DNA from: Actinomycetota bacterium
Lineage (GTDB): Bacteria; Actinomycetota; Actinomycetes; S36-B12
Reading direction: 5' to 3'
Assembly: GCA_003456155.1 (NCBI GenBank)
Contig: DMPC01000164.1
Coordinates: 1,378-65,377 of the forward strand
DNA: 64,000 nt
Within the stretch, counting starts at the first letter, position 1, and each line of letters opens with the position of its first letter. Below the pieces are notes generated by a model that did not search any database, had not been told where the DNA came from, and saw only the letters and a program-made list of their open reading frames with translations. The position numbers were made by a program, and so were the translations under genes. Positions 10,424 through 17,710 of this stretch are shown piece after piece.

Positions 10424-11869
10424 ATGATCTACGGCAACTACATCGCAGGTGAGTGGCAGGACCCGGGAGCCTCTGGCACCTTCCCGGTCATCAACCCCGC
10501 CACAGGCGAGGTGATCGCTGAGGTCGCGTGTGCAACAGCGGACGACATCCGCCGCGCCATCGATGGGGCGGACGCTGCGCGAGCGGCGTGGGCTGCCACG
10601 CCCGCCATCGAGCGCTCGGTCGTCATGCGCCGCGCAGCTCAGATCATGATGGATCGGATTGACGAGCTCGCTGCGATCCTCGTCAAGGAGCAGGGCAAGC
10701 CGCTGGCCCAGGCCAAGGGCGAGATCACTTACGGCTGCGGCTTCATCGACTGGTTCGCAGAAGAGGGACGGCGCGCCTACGGCACGACCATCCCCGCAAG
10801 CGTTCCTGACAAGCGGATCGTGATCATCCGCCAGCCGATAGGGATCAGTGTTGCGATCACTCCGTGGAACTTCCCGTCGCTCCAGTTGCTCAGGAAACTA
10901 GGTGCGGCTCTGGGAGCCGGTTGTCCCATGATCGCAAAGCCCGCGGAACTGACACCCCTGTCGGCGCTGGAGATCGCGCGGGCCTTCGACGAGGCTGGAC
11001 TGCCCAAGGGCCTTCTCTCCGTGGTGTGTGCACCAGAGCCGTACGAGTTCACGGACGTGATCATGGCTGATCCGCGCGTACGTGCAGTGTCGTTCACCGG
11101 ATCCACCGAAGTCGGCAAGCTGCTCATGCGGCGGGGAGCTGACCACGTGAAAAAGGTGTCCCTCGAGCTGGGAGGCCAGGCTCCCACCATCGTCTTCGAG
11201 GACGCTGACCTCGACGCTGTCGTCGTCGAGACCATGGCTTCGAAGTTTCGCAACATGGGGCAGACATGCGTGTCCGTGAACCGGATCTACGTCCACGAGT
11301 CGATCATTGACGAGTTGGCTGACCGCCTCAAGGCCGCCATGGCCCAGATGCCCATCGGCGACGGACTCGAGCCCGACACCGCGGTCGGCCCACTGGTGGA
11401 GCCTGCCGCCCTGGAGAAGGTCCAGAGGCACGTCGATGATGCCGTAGCCAAGGGTGCCAGGGTTGTCGTCGGAGGAAACCGGGCAACAGCAGCGCACCTG
11501 AAGTCAGATCAGTTCTTCGAGCCAACCCTCCTGGTCGGGGTCGACGAGTCCATGCAGGTGATGCAGGAGGAGACATTCGGCCCGGTCGCGCCGCTGGTCC
11601 CGTTCACCGACGAGGCAGACGTGGTCGCTCGCGCGAACGGAACGCCGTTCGGGCTCTCAGCCTACGTGTTCACTCGGGATATCAACCGGGCAATCCGGGT
11701 CAGTGAGGCGTTGGAGTTCGGCACTGTGGGAATCAACGACTCGACCTTCTCCGCGGTTCAGGCGCCATTCGGTGGGTACAAGGAGAGCGGCCTTGGGCGT
11801 GAGGGCGGCTTCCTCGGTCTCGATGAGTTCATGGAGTACAAGTTCATCTCGATCGGGCATGTCGGCTGA
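10424..11869 (+). CDS. NAD(P)-dependent aldehyde dehydrogenase (succinate-semialdehyde / omega-oxoacid dehydrogenase-like)
   Basis: 481 aa. ELGGQAP motif, catalytic Cys context GQTCVSVNRIYV, and EETFGPV. Confidence 0.9.
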   Translation: MIYGNYIAGEWQDPGASGTFPVINPATGEVIAEVACATADDIRRAIDGADAARAAWAATPAIERSVVMRRAAQIMMDRIDELAAILVKEQGKPLAQAKGEITYGCGFIDWFAEEGRRAYGTTIPASVPDKRIVIIRQPIGISVAITPWNFPSLQLLRKLGAALGAGCPMIAKPAELTPLSALEIARAFDEAGLPKGLLSVVCAPEPYEFTDVIMADPRVRAVSFTGSTEVGKLLMRRGADHVKKVSLELGGQAPTIVFEDADLDAVVVETMASKFRNMGQTCVSVNRIYVHESIIDELADRLKAAMAQMPIGDGLEPDTAVGPLVEPAALEKVQRHVDDAVAKGARVVVGGNRATAAHLKSDQFFEPTLLVGVDESMQVMQEETFGPVAPLVPFTDEADVVARANGTPFGLSAYVFTRDINRAIRVSEALEFGTVGINDSTFSAVQAPFGGYKESGLGREGGFLGLDEFMEYKFISIGHVG

Positions 11870-11884
11870 TCAGGTGAGCACACG

Positions 11885-13018
11885 ATGAAGGCTGCGATCC
11901 TTGGCGCGGGTGAGTCGAATCGGACACCCCGACCCGGCCGCACTGCCATCGACATGGCTGTCGAATCATCGCTGGCAGCCTTGGCAGATGCCGGCGTCGA
12001 GCTCGGAGAGGTCGACGGTGTCGTCACCGGCTACTCCTTGGCAGAGCGCCACTTGGACTTCAGCGCAAGCCTCAGCGAGGCGCTGGGGCTTCGCCCCTAT
12101 TGGTCCCAGACCATCTCGCGCAGCGGAGCCACAGGAGCATCTATCGTTGTCGATGCCGCGCTTGCTGTCCTCGGGGGCGCGTGTACCACCGCACTGGCGG
12201 TATGGGCGGACAATCGAGTCTCCGGAGAGCCGGAGGACATGGCGGGTGCTCTCGCTGCATCCCTGAATCCCTTCGAGCTCGCCAATGGCCCTCTGATCAC
12301 TACGCAGTATGCGCTCATCGCACAGGCATACCTCAACAGGACTGGCGCCACAGAGGAAGACCTCGCCTCCGTGGCGGTCCAGTTTCGCAAACATGCCGCC
12401 CTCAATGAGAGCGCGAAGTACCGAGCCCTCATCACGATCGATGACGTCCTCGGTTCACCCATGGTCTCCTCACCACTGCACCGTCTGGAGTGTGCGCTGG
12501 TCACCGACTATGGCGGAGCTGTTGTCGTCACTCGCTCTGACCGAGCGGGAGCCGATGCGGTGGATGTCCTCGGGTTCGGCGAGGCCTTGTCCCATTCGTC
12601 CATCCTGCGCAACCCGGAGCTCTTCACCACCGGGCGCACCGCCGCCGCGGACTCCTCGCGACTGGCCTACCAGATGGCGGGCATCGGTCCGGCTGACCTG
12701 CAGATGGCTCAGATCTACGACTGCTTCACACCCACAGTGCTCCTGCTGATGGAAGACTTCGGACTGTGTGAGCGGGGAGAGGCTGGAGCGGCCGTTCGCT
12801 CCGGTCTCCTCGACAGGGACGGGCCCCTTCCCAGCAACACGCATGGCGGCCTGCTGTCGTGCGGCTCTGGTGGAATCCTCCACGTGACCGAAGCAGTCCG
12901 CCAGATGCGGGGAACGGCAGGCGCACACCAACTGGACTCTCGCCCCGACACTGCTCTGGTCCACGGAAACGGTGGGATTCTTGGAGCTCAGACCACTCTC
13001 ATCCTGGGCAGGAGGTAG
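11885..13018 (+). CDS. Thiolase-like protein, SCP-x / nonspecific lipid-transfer type
   Basis: 377 aa. Thiolase C-terminal signature NTHGGLLSCGSGGILHVTEAVRQMRG. It is followed 2 nt later by a DUF35 partner, the usual pairing for this family. Confidence 0.75.
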   Translation: MKAAILGAGESNRTPRPGRTAIDMAVESSLAALADAGVELGEVDGVVTGYSLAERHLDFSASLSEALGLRPYWSQTISRSGATGASIVVDAALAVLGGACTTALAVWADNRVSGEPEDMAGALAASLNPFELANGPLITTQYALIAQAYLNRTGATEEDLASVAVQFRKHAALNESAKYRALITIDDVLGSPMVSSPLHRLECALVTDYGGAVVVTRSDRAGADAVDVLGFGEALSHSSILRNPELFTTGRTAAADSSRLAYQMAGIGPADLQMAQIYDCFTPTVLLLMEDFGLCERGEAGAAVRSGLLDRDGPLPSNTHGGLLSCGSGGILHVTEAVRQMRGTAGAHQLDSRPDTALVHGNGGILGAQTTLILGRR

Positions 13019-13020
13019 TC

Positions 13021-13413
13021 ATGGCAGTGGACCCGACGGACCCGAGCGCACGTGTGTGGCAGGCATGGGCTGACGATCGACTCTGCCTGCAGGGTTGCCG
13101 TTCGTGTGGACGCCTCCAACATCCACCTTCGCAGGTCTGCGCGGCCTGCAAATCAACGGATTGGGACTTGTGCGACATCACGCCGGAGGCAACGCTGGTG
13201 TCCTGGTCCAACGTCCATCGCGCTCCCGCGCCTCAATTCGCGGATGAGGTTCCGTACCTCATTGCGCTGGTCACGGTCAGTGAAGGCACGCTGCTGGAGG
13301 CTAGGGTGCATACCTCGCTCGCCATGACCGAGTTCCGCTCGGGAATGCCGGTGCAACTCGCCATGGGTGCCGTGGCGGGCCGCGCCATGCCCATCGTGAT
13401 TTCCGCCGGATAG
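13021..13413 (+). CDS. DUF35 OB-fold / zinc-ribbon acyl-CoA-associated protein (partner of the SCPx thiolase)
   Basis: Internal Met55 of track ORF 12859..13413, preceded by GGAGG. Zn-ribbon CRSCGRLQHPPSQVCAACKS followed by an OB-fold-like segment PYLIALVTVSEG. Confidence 0.75.
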   Translation: MAVDPTDPSARVWQAWADDRLCLQGCRSCGRLQHPPSQVCAACKSTDWDLCDITPEATLVSWSNVHRAPAPQFADEVPYLIALVTVSEGTLLEARVHTSLAMTEFRSGMPVQLAMGAVAGRAMPIVISAG

Positions 13414-13448
13414 GCTGACGCACGTCCGGTGCGGTTACCCCAAGGCTC

Positions 13449-13856
13449 TCAAGCCGTCGACTGCGCCTGCGGCGCCGCCGGCTCGTGGTGATGGTGGTGC
13501 GAGATCGCATCCTCGAGCACGAAAGGCTTCTCCTTGGCCATGCTCTCCTGGCGCTCGCTCTCACGGTCAATGGCTCGGTCGTCACCCTTGTACTTCGCGA
13601 CCCACATTCGGCCGGCATCCTCCGACATGTGGCACAGGCCCGGAACCATGGGATAGCGGCTGCACATCGAGGGTTTGGGCGCAGGGCTCGAGGCCGTCGG
13701 CTTCGGCGCCAGACCGCCGAGGCGAGCAGCAGCAAGAAGCCGTTTGGCCTCGGCACCGCAGAACTGGCAGGTTAGGCTGGACGGAGCCGGACTCTCTGTC
13801 CAGCGCTCGCCCGTGGCCCCGCAGCCCGCACAGCGATAGTCGTTGAGGATGCCCAT
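13449..13856 (-). CDS. FmdB-family zinc-ribbon protein with a C-terminal extension and His-rich tail
   Basis: Track ORF 13449..13901. Start moved to Met16 (MGILNDYRCAGCG...TCQFCGAEA, a CxxC...CxxC ribbon), whose ATG lies 1 nt after the MBL stop. Tail is ISHHHHHEP. Confidence 0.6.
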   Translation of the reverse strand: MGILNDYRCAGCGATGERWTESPAPSSLTCQFCGAEAKRLLAAARLGGLAPKPTASSPAPKPSMCSRYPMVPGLCHMSEDAGRMWVAKYKGDDRAIDRESERQESMAKEKPFVLEDAISHHHHHEPAAPQAQSTA

Positions 13857-13857
13857 G

Positions 13858-14649
13858 TCACTCGTAGCAGTAGGGGGCATGCTGGTACTGAGCCCAATCA
13901 TCCGGATCGTGATTGATCCATAGGCTCAGTTCCTCCGACTCGGCCATGCGCTTGATGCGCAGCAGACTGTGCACAGCCGACAGCGTGTCGTAGTCGAGCG
14001 GGAAGGGCCATTCGAGGTCGAGAGCGGCGCGCAGGTGAATCGCATCGCCAGTGAGCAGAAACGTGCGGTTGGCGAGTCGAACCTTGAGGCTGACCTCACC
14101 GGGCGTGTGGCCAGGCGTGGACATGATGATCATGCTGCCGTCACCGAAGAGATCCAGGTCAGTGCGAGCAGCCACCTCCCGCCACGTCCAGTTCTTGTAC
14201 TGGGCGACCTGCTCCGGAATGAAGCAGAAGCTGCCCAGCTTGGCAGGGAAGTGAGCAAAGGCAAGCTCGCCCTGTCCGGCATAGAAGGTCGCATTGGGGA
14301 ACAGGAAATGGCCGCCGGCATGATCGAAGTGAAGATGCGAGGAGATGACGTGCGTGACATCCGAGGTCTTGTAGCCGAGCGCCTCGATCTGACGATCGAT
14401 CCGCTGGTCGATCGTCCCGCCGATACCCAGGCCGTCAGCGAGCTCCTGCCCATAGATCGAGACCGGATCCTCGATCGCATCAGGGTGGATGCCAGTGTCG
14501 AACAGGACAAGACCCTTGGGATGCTCGATGAGAAAGGCGGGCATCGGGATGGTCATCTTCCCGGTGAGCCCGTACATCAAGGTGACTGCGTCGACGGTGA
14601 GCGTAGGGCAGTCAAGTGCCCACATCTTGCGCGCGAATCCGACAGACAT
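13858..14649 (-). CDS. MBL-fold metallo-hydrolase, N-acyl-homoserine-lactonase-like (lactonase)
   Basis: Track ORF 13858..14745. Start moved to Met33. Metal motif HVISSHLHFDHAGGH and a later TPGHTPGE. Confidence 0.8.
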   Translation of the reverse strand: MSVGFARKMWALDCPTLTVDAVTLMYGLTGKMTIPMPAFLIEHPKGLVLFDTGIHPDAIEDPVSIYGQELADGLGIGGTIDQRIDRQIEALGYKTSDVTHVISSHLHFDHAGGHFLFPNATFYAGQGELAFAHFPAKLGSFCFIPEQVAQYKNWTWREVAARTDLDLFGDGSMIIMSTPGHTPGEVSLKVRLANRTFLLTGDAIHLRAALDLEWPFPLDYDTLSAVHSLLRIKRMAESEELSLWINHDPDDWAQYQHAPYCYE

Positions 14650-14709
14650 CCTGGATCCTTCCGTGAGTGCCGATGCCGCCAGCATCGCCACCCTCGAAAG
14701 GGGCCGGAC

Positions 14710-14726
14710 GTGCCAGTTTGGGACAC
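14710..14726. promoter_or_regulatory. Candidate operator: dyad GTGCC-N7-GACAC carrying a TTTGGGACAC box
   Basis: Read directly as acGTGCCAGTTTGGGACACgc. It is centred about 70 bp from both divergent starts (14649 minus, 14788 plus). Confidence 0.35.
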
Positions 14727-14787
14727 GCAACCATCGGGCCCCCACGACACGATGTGGTCGAATCCCTGCTCACTTCGGAGGTGCCCG

Positions 14788-15642
14788 ATGATGACTGCCT
14801 CAGGCGTCACCACAACAGACATCGACATGTTGCGGCTGCGTGCCTACGACCTCCGGGTCGCCATGTTGGAGATGGCAGCAGGCAAGGGTGAGGGATACGT
14901 GGCCCAGGGGCTGGGCATGGCTGACTGCCTGGCCGCTCTGTACTTCCACGAGATGCACCACGACCCCGCAAACCCTGATTGGGATGACCGCGACCGATTC
15001 CTGCTGTCCACCGGACACTACTCAATAGCCATGTATGCGGTTCTTGCGGAGGCCGGCTACCTCGACCGTGCAGAGTTTCCGAGTTACGGCCTGAACGGCT
15101 CACGACTCCCCATGAGCACCTTCGATGACCTCCCAGGCCTCGAGATCGTCGGCGGTTCACTCGGCCAGGGACTCGGCCAGGCAGTCGGCATGGCCCTCGG
15201 CCTGCGGCTCGACGGTCGCGAGGCTCGGGTGTTCTGCGAGGTCTCTGATGGGGAGCTTCAGGAGGGGTCGACCTGGGAGGCCCTCATGTCTGGGGCAACC
15301 TTCGGCTGCGACAACCTGGTCGCACTGTTCGACTGCAATGGAGTTCAGGCAGACGGACCGGTGCACGTCCAACTTGAGCCCGTCCTGGACAAGATCTCCG
15401 CCTTCGGCTGGTCATCGATCGAGATCAATGGTAACGACATGGAGGCACTTGTCAGGGCTCTCGAGGTCTCACGGGTGCGCGACGGCAAACCCAAGGCGAT
15501 CATCATGCGGACGCAGCCAGGAAGTGGCGTTCCGACCCTGGAAAAGAGGGAGCGGGCGCACTTCGTGCGAATCACCGATGAGGAGTGGCAGGTCATGCGC
15601 GACGAACTTGAAGCCGGGCGTCCAGGAGCGACCCGTGGCTGA
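14788..15642 (+). CDS. Transketolase, N-terminal (ThDP pyrophosphate-binding) subunit of a split transketolase
   Basis: 3' part of track ORF 13969..15642. The 5' part of that ORF is antisense to the MBL gene. ATGATG at 14788. Motifs STGHYSIAMYAVLAEAGY, GSLGQGLGQAVGMAL and SDGELQEGSTWEA. Confidence 0.85.
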   Translation: MMTASGVTTTDIDMLRLRAYDLRVAMLEMAAGKGEGYVAQGLGMADCLAALYFHEMHHDPANPDWDDRDRFLLSTGHYSIAMYAVLAEAGYLDRAEFPSYGLNGSRLPMSTFDDLPGLEIVGGSLGQGLGQAVGMALGLRLDGREARVFCEVSDGELQEGSTWEALMSGATFGCDNLVALFDCNGVQADGPVHVQLEPVLDKISAFGWSSIEINGNDMEALVRALEVSRVRDGKPKAIIMRTQPGSGVPTLEKRERAHFVRITDEEWQVMRDELEAGRPGATRG

Positions 15643-16606
15643 GGTGGCGGGTCGCACCCGCGGCATGGGCGAGCTCATCGATGTCGCCGACAAGGCCAGC
15701 GACTTCGCTCCTTTCGGACGAGAGCTCGCAGCGCTGGCCCGAGAGCGGGATGACATCGTGGGTTTGACCGCAGATATGGGCCGATACAGTGACATCCTGC
15801 CCTTCAGGGACGAGTACCCCGACCGCTTCTTCAACGTGGGCATGGCTGAGCAGAATCTGATTGCCGTCGCTGCCGGCCTCGCCAAGACCGGCAAAGTCGC
15901 CTACTGCACGACGTATTCCGTGTTCGTCACGCGGCGCGCCTATGACTTCGTGGCCATCGCATGCGCTCATTCACAGGCCAACGTCAAGATCTTCGCTGGG
16001 ATGCCAGGCCTGATGAACGGCTACGGAGCCACGCATCAGGCAACTGAGGACCTCAACATGATGAGGGGTATCGCGGACCTCACCATCATCGATCCCTGTG
16101 ATGCCGTGGAACTGCGCCAGGTGGTTCGGGCAGTGGCCGACATCAAGGGCACCGTCTACGTCCGACTGCTGCGCGGCAACGTCCCCGTGGAATTGGACGC
16201 GTCCTATCGATTCGTTCCGGGCAAGGCTCAGGTACTGCGTCCTGGCGGGACCATCGGCATCATCTCGACCGGCTACATGACTGGACGAGCGCTCGACGCA
16301 GCCAAGGAGGTCGCTTCGCGCGGCGTGCAGGTGGGCGTACTGCATGTACCCACCATCAAGCCGTTCGACACCGCGGGGGTGCTCGACTTTGTCGCTCGTT
16401 ACGACAGGCTCATCGTTGCCGAGAATCACAAGACGACTGGTGGCTTGGGCACTCTGGTGACCGAGGCCATGTTCGACGCAGGTGTCCTCAAGCCGGTCGA
16501 GCGCATCGGCCTCGCTGACTCCTTCTTCGAGTGCGGCTCGCAGGAGTACTTGGAGGCCCGCTACGGGCTTGACCTGCCCCGATTCATCCGCGCGATCATG
16601 GGCTAG
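15635..16606 (+). CDS. Transketolase, C-terminal (pyrimidine-binding) subunit of a split transketolase
   Basis: 3' part of track ORF 15125..16606. GTG at 15635 overlaps the upstream TGA (alternative ATG at 15665). Motif FFNVGMAEQNLIAVAAGLA. Confidence 0.85.
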   Translation: MAEVAGRTRGMGELIDVADKASDFAPFGRELAALARERDDIVGLTADMGRYSDILPFRDEYPDRFFNVGMAEQNLIAVAAGLAKTGKVAYCTTYSVFVTRRAYDFVAIACAHSQANVKIFAGMPGLMNGYGATHQATEDLNMMRGIADLTIIDPCDAVELRQVVRAVADIKGTVYVRLLRGNVPVELDASYRFVPGKAQVLRPGGTIGIISTGYMTGRALDAAKEVASRGVQVGVLHVPTIKPFDTAGVLDFVARYDRLIVAENHKTTGGLGTLVTEAMFDAGVLKPVERIGLADSFFECGSQEYLEARYGLDLPRFIRAIMG

Positions 16607-17703
16607 AGGGTTCGCACACCTGCGCGCCGGTCAACCTCTGCGATCGCGGCAACTACGTCGTCTGCGGTGAGCCGCATGGGGAGATTGGCCAGGTGAGGTG
16701 CGGTCATTGTGCCTTCGGCGATGAGCACGTGCTGATCATGCCAGGGAGCCCTGAGCCCGAGATCAGCCGAGGAGACCGGTAGACCTACCGATCCCAGGAA
16801 ATCGGCCAGTGCACCCACCTCTGACTCTGAGCGACCTTCAGCCACTACCTGAACGAGCGCACCCCATCCGACGTGATAGCCATGGAGCAGCATCTGCGCC
16901 CCCTCGACACGCATCAGCCCGCGCGTCAGCGAGTGCGCCAGCGACAAGCCACCATTCTCGAAGGCCAAACCACTCATCAAGATGGAGGCCTCGACAACCC
17001 GCTCAAGCGCATCGGACACCCGTCCGGCTTCGCAGTCATCCAGAGCCTGCACCGCATCAGCCTGCAGCGTGTCAAAGCAGGCGCGACCGATCGCCAGCGC
17101 AATCCCGAGCGGTCTGGTGCCGAGAGGAGTGACCCCCGTGCCCCGCGCGCATCCCTCCGCTTCGAACACCTTGGCCACCGCGTCGCCGATCCCTGACCGG
17201 AGAAACCGCGTCGGTGCACCGGCGATCAACTGGGTGTCCACGAGAACGAGCGCAGGGTTGGCAGGCAGCATGTCGACGGCAATGAGCCGATGCTGCTCGT
17301 CGTACATCGCGATCGCACTGCTCGTGGGACTGTCGTTCGACGCAATCGTGGGTACCGTGATCACAGGAACACTCAGCCGTCCAGCCAAGGCCTTTGCCGT
17401 GTCGAGCACCTTGCCACCACCAAGACCCACCACGGACGACACATCGAAGCCCGCGCATTCGAGGAGGGCGTCCTCGACGGCGGCGTACGTGATCTCCCCC
17501 TTCGCGATGACGAGTCGAGGCCGTAGGCCCGCCTCCTGGCACGAGCGCAGGATCCGCTCCCCGATCAACTCCTGCACTGGTGGGTCGACGACCAGGACGG
17601 GGCTCTCGCCAAAGCGGACGAGGTGACCACCCAAGTGGTCCAAGACACCAGGGCCTTGGACATAGCGCGCCGGGCTGACAAACACTCGGTCGGTGCCGCG
17701 CAT
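16603..17703 (-). CDS. gldA: Glycerol dehydrogenase-like iron-containing alcohol dehydrogenase
   Basis: Track ORF 16603..17754. Start moved to Met18 to clear the upstream stop at 17711. Motifs GLGGGKVLDTAKA and the His cluster HSLTRG...LLHGYHVGWG. Stop shares CTAG with the transketolase stop. Confidence 0.8.
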   Translation of the reverse strand: MRGTDRVFVSPARYVQGPGVLDHLGGHLVRFGESPVLVVDPPVQELIGERILRSCQEAGLRPRLVIAKGEITYAAVEDALLECAGFDVSSVVGLGGGKVLDTAKALAGRLSVPVITVPTIASNDSPTSSAIAMYDEQHRLIAVDMLPANPALVLVDTQLIAGAPTRFLRSGIGDAVAKVFEAEGCARGTGVTPLGTRPLGIALAIGRACFDTLQADAVQALDDCEAGRVSDALERVVEASILMSGLAFENGGLSLAHSLTRGLMRVEGAQMLLHGYHVGWGALVQVVAEGRSESEVGALADFLGSVGLPVSSADLGLRAPWHDQHVLIAEGTMTAPHLANLPMRLTADDVVAAIAEVDRRAGVRTL

Positions 17704-17710
17704 CCGAAGC

